Source: Vicugna vicugna (lineage: Eukaryota). From it: DNA of 64,000 bases. The notes beneath the pieces are model-generated. The model was not told where the DNA came from. It ran no database searches and worked only from the letters and a program-made list of their open reading frames with translations. The translations under genes were made by a program, and so were the position numbers. Location of the stretch: assembly GCA_013265495.1 (NCBI GenBank), contig MU058423.1, forward strand, positions 6,796,939 through 6,860,938, in the 5' to 3' direction. This document shows positions 63,301 to 64,000 of the stretch, piece after piece (position 1 is the first letter of the stretch; the number at the start of each line of letters is the position of its first letter).

Positions 63301-64000
63301 AGTTTTAATAAAATTTTACACGCAGCAGTAATTTATTTAACATAAATGAAGATCAGTTCTATCCAAAGAGAGAATTATAGCTCTAGTTTACTCTCCAACA
63401 GAGTATTATTAAAGAGGAGGGAAGGAATCACTGAAAGGATCCCCTTTCTAGTTCCAAGGCTCATCTTTAGCTAAAAAGCAGATTTACACATTTTGTGAAA
63501 GATTTTTTAAAGAAGCAATGGGAAGAGACAAAATAAATTATACAATTAAGAAAAAAAAAGACATAAAAGAAATTGAACTCTTTTGCACTAATTTTGGTAG
63601 TTTTAGCATGCCCACTGCTTTCAAAAGAGATTAATTCTGGAAAGTATGACTCCAAGCCACAAAAGGATTAATTATTTTTATTTATTTTAGTGTTGTGCAG
63701 CAGGTTGGAGAAATTTGTTTAAGATGCTGTTTCCTTATTATTCCCCTTCTCCAAGTCTGGTTGCAGAGTCTGAGATTACTATAGAAAAAAGTATGTAATT
63801 AGTCATGTTCTAACTACTTCTTTTGGTTCACTGATACATATGAAATGTTTGCAGCTGTTGTCTTCTTACAAGCAAATGAACTCACCTTGACAGTAGATGT
63901 AATTATTCAAATATGCATATTAATTAACAAAACAAATAAAAACTCCAAGGATTACAGTTGACTGAAGTTTTTTATGTTTACAATCACAATTTTAGAAATA

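Overview
AT-rich, gene-poor mammalian genomic DNA, very probably a camelid (alpaca/llama/camel). The evidence is a vic-1-type tRNA-derived SINE, cetartiodactyl-type L1 3' UTRs, and no recognisable BovB/Bov-tA, PRE-1 or Alu elements. There is no intact protein-coding gene. Most ORF-track entries are chance ORFs, simple-repeat read-throughs or L1 ORF2 fragments. The window is dominated by lineage-specific L1s (four with readable TSDs), ancient L1M, L2, MIR, MaLR (MLT1) and ERVL (LTR16/ERV3-16-like) relics, hAT MITEs (MER81, MER33), microsatellites and a 109-N gap. Most interesting: (i) a splice-bounded, stop-poor 735-bp segment at 52615-53349 plus two phase-compatible small exon-like segments, possibly a decayed (unitary) gene; (ii) two L1 insertions with apparent 3' transductions (about 200 bp and 26 bp) inside their TSDs; (iii) a three-tier L1M>MER81>L1 nest; (iv) two pre-miRNA-sized hairpins; (v) a young L1 ORF2 interrupted only by Trp-to-stop G>A changes; (vi) a possible terminal exon of an unidentified gene at the left edge. 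Repeat family names come from my recollection of consensus sequences, and boundaries of old repeats are approximate. No novel biological system can be demonstrated from this sequence alone.
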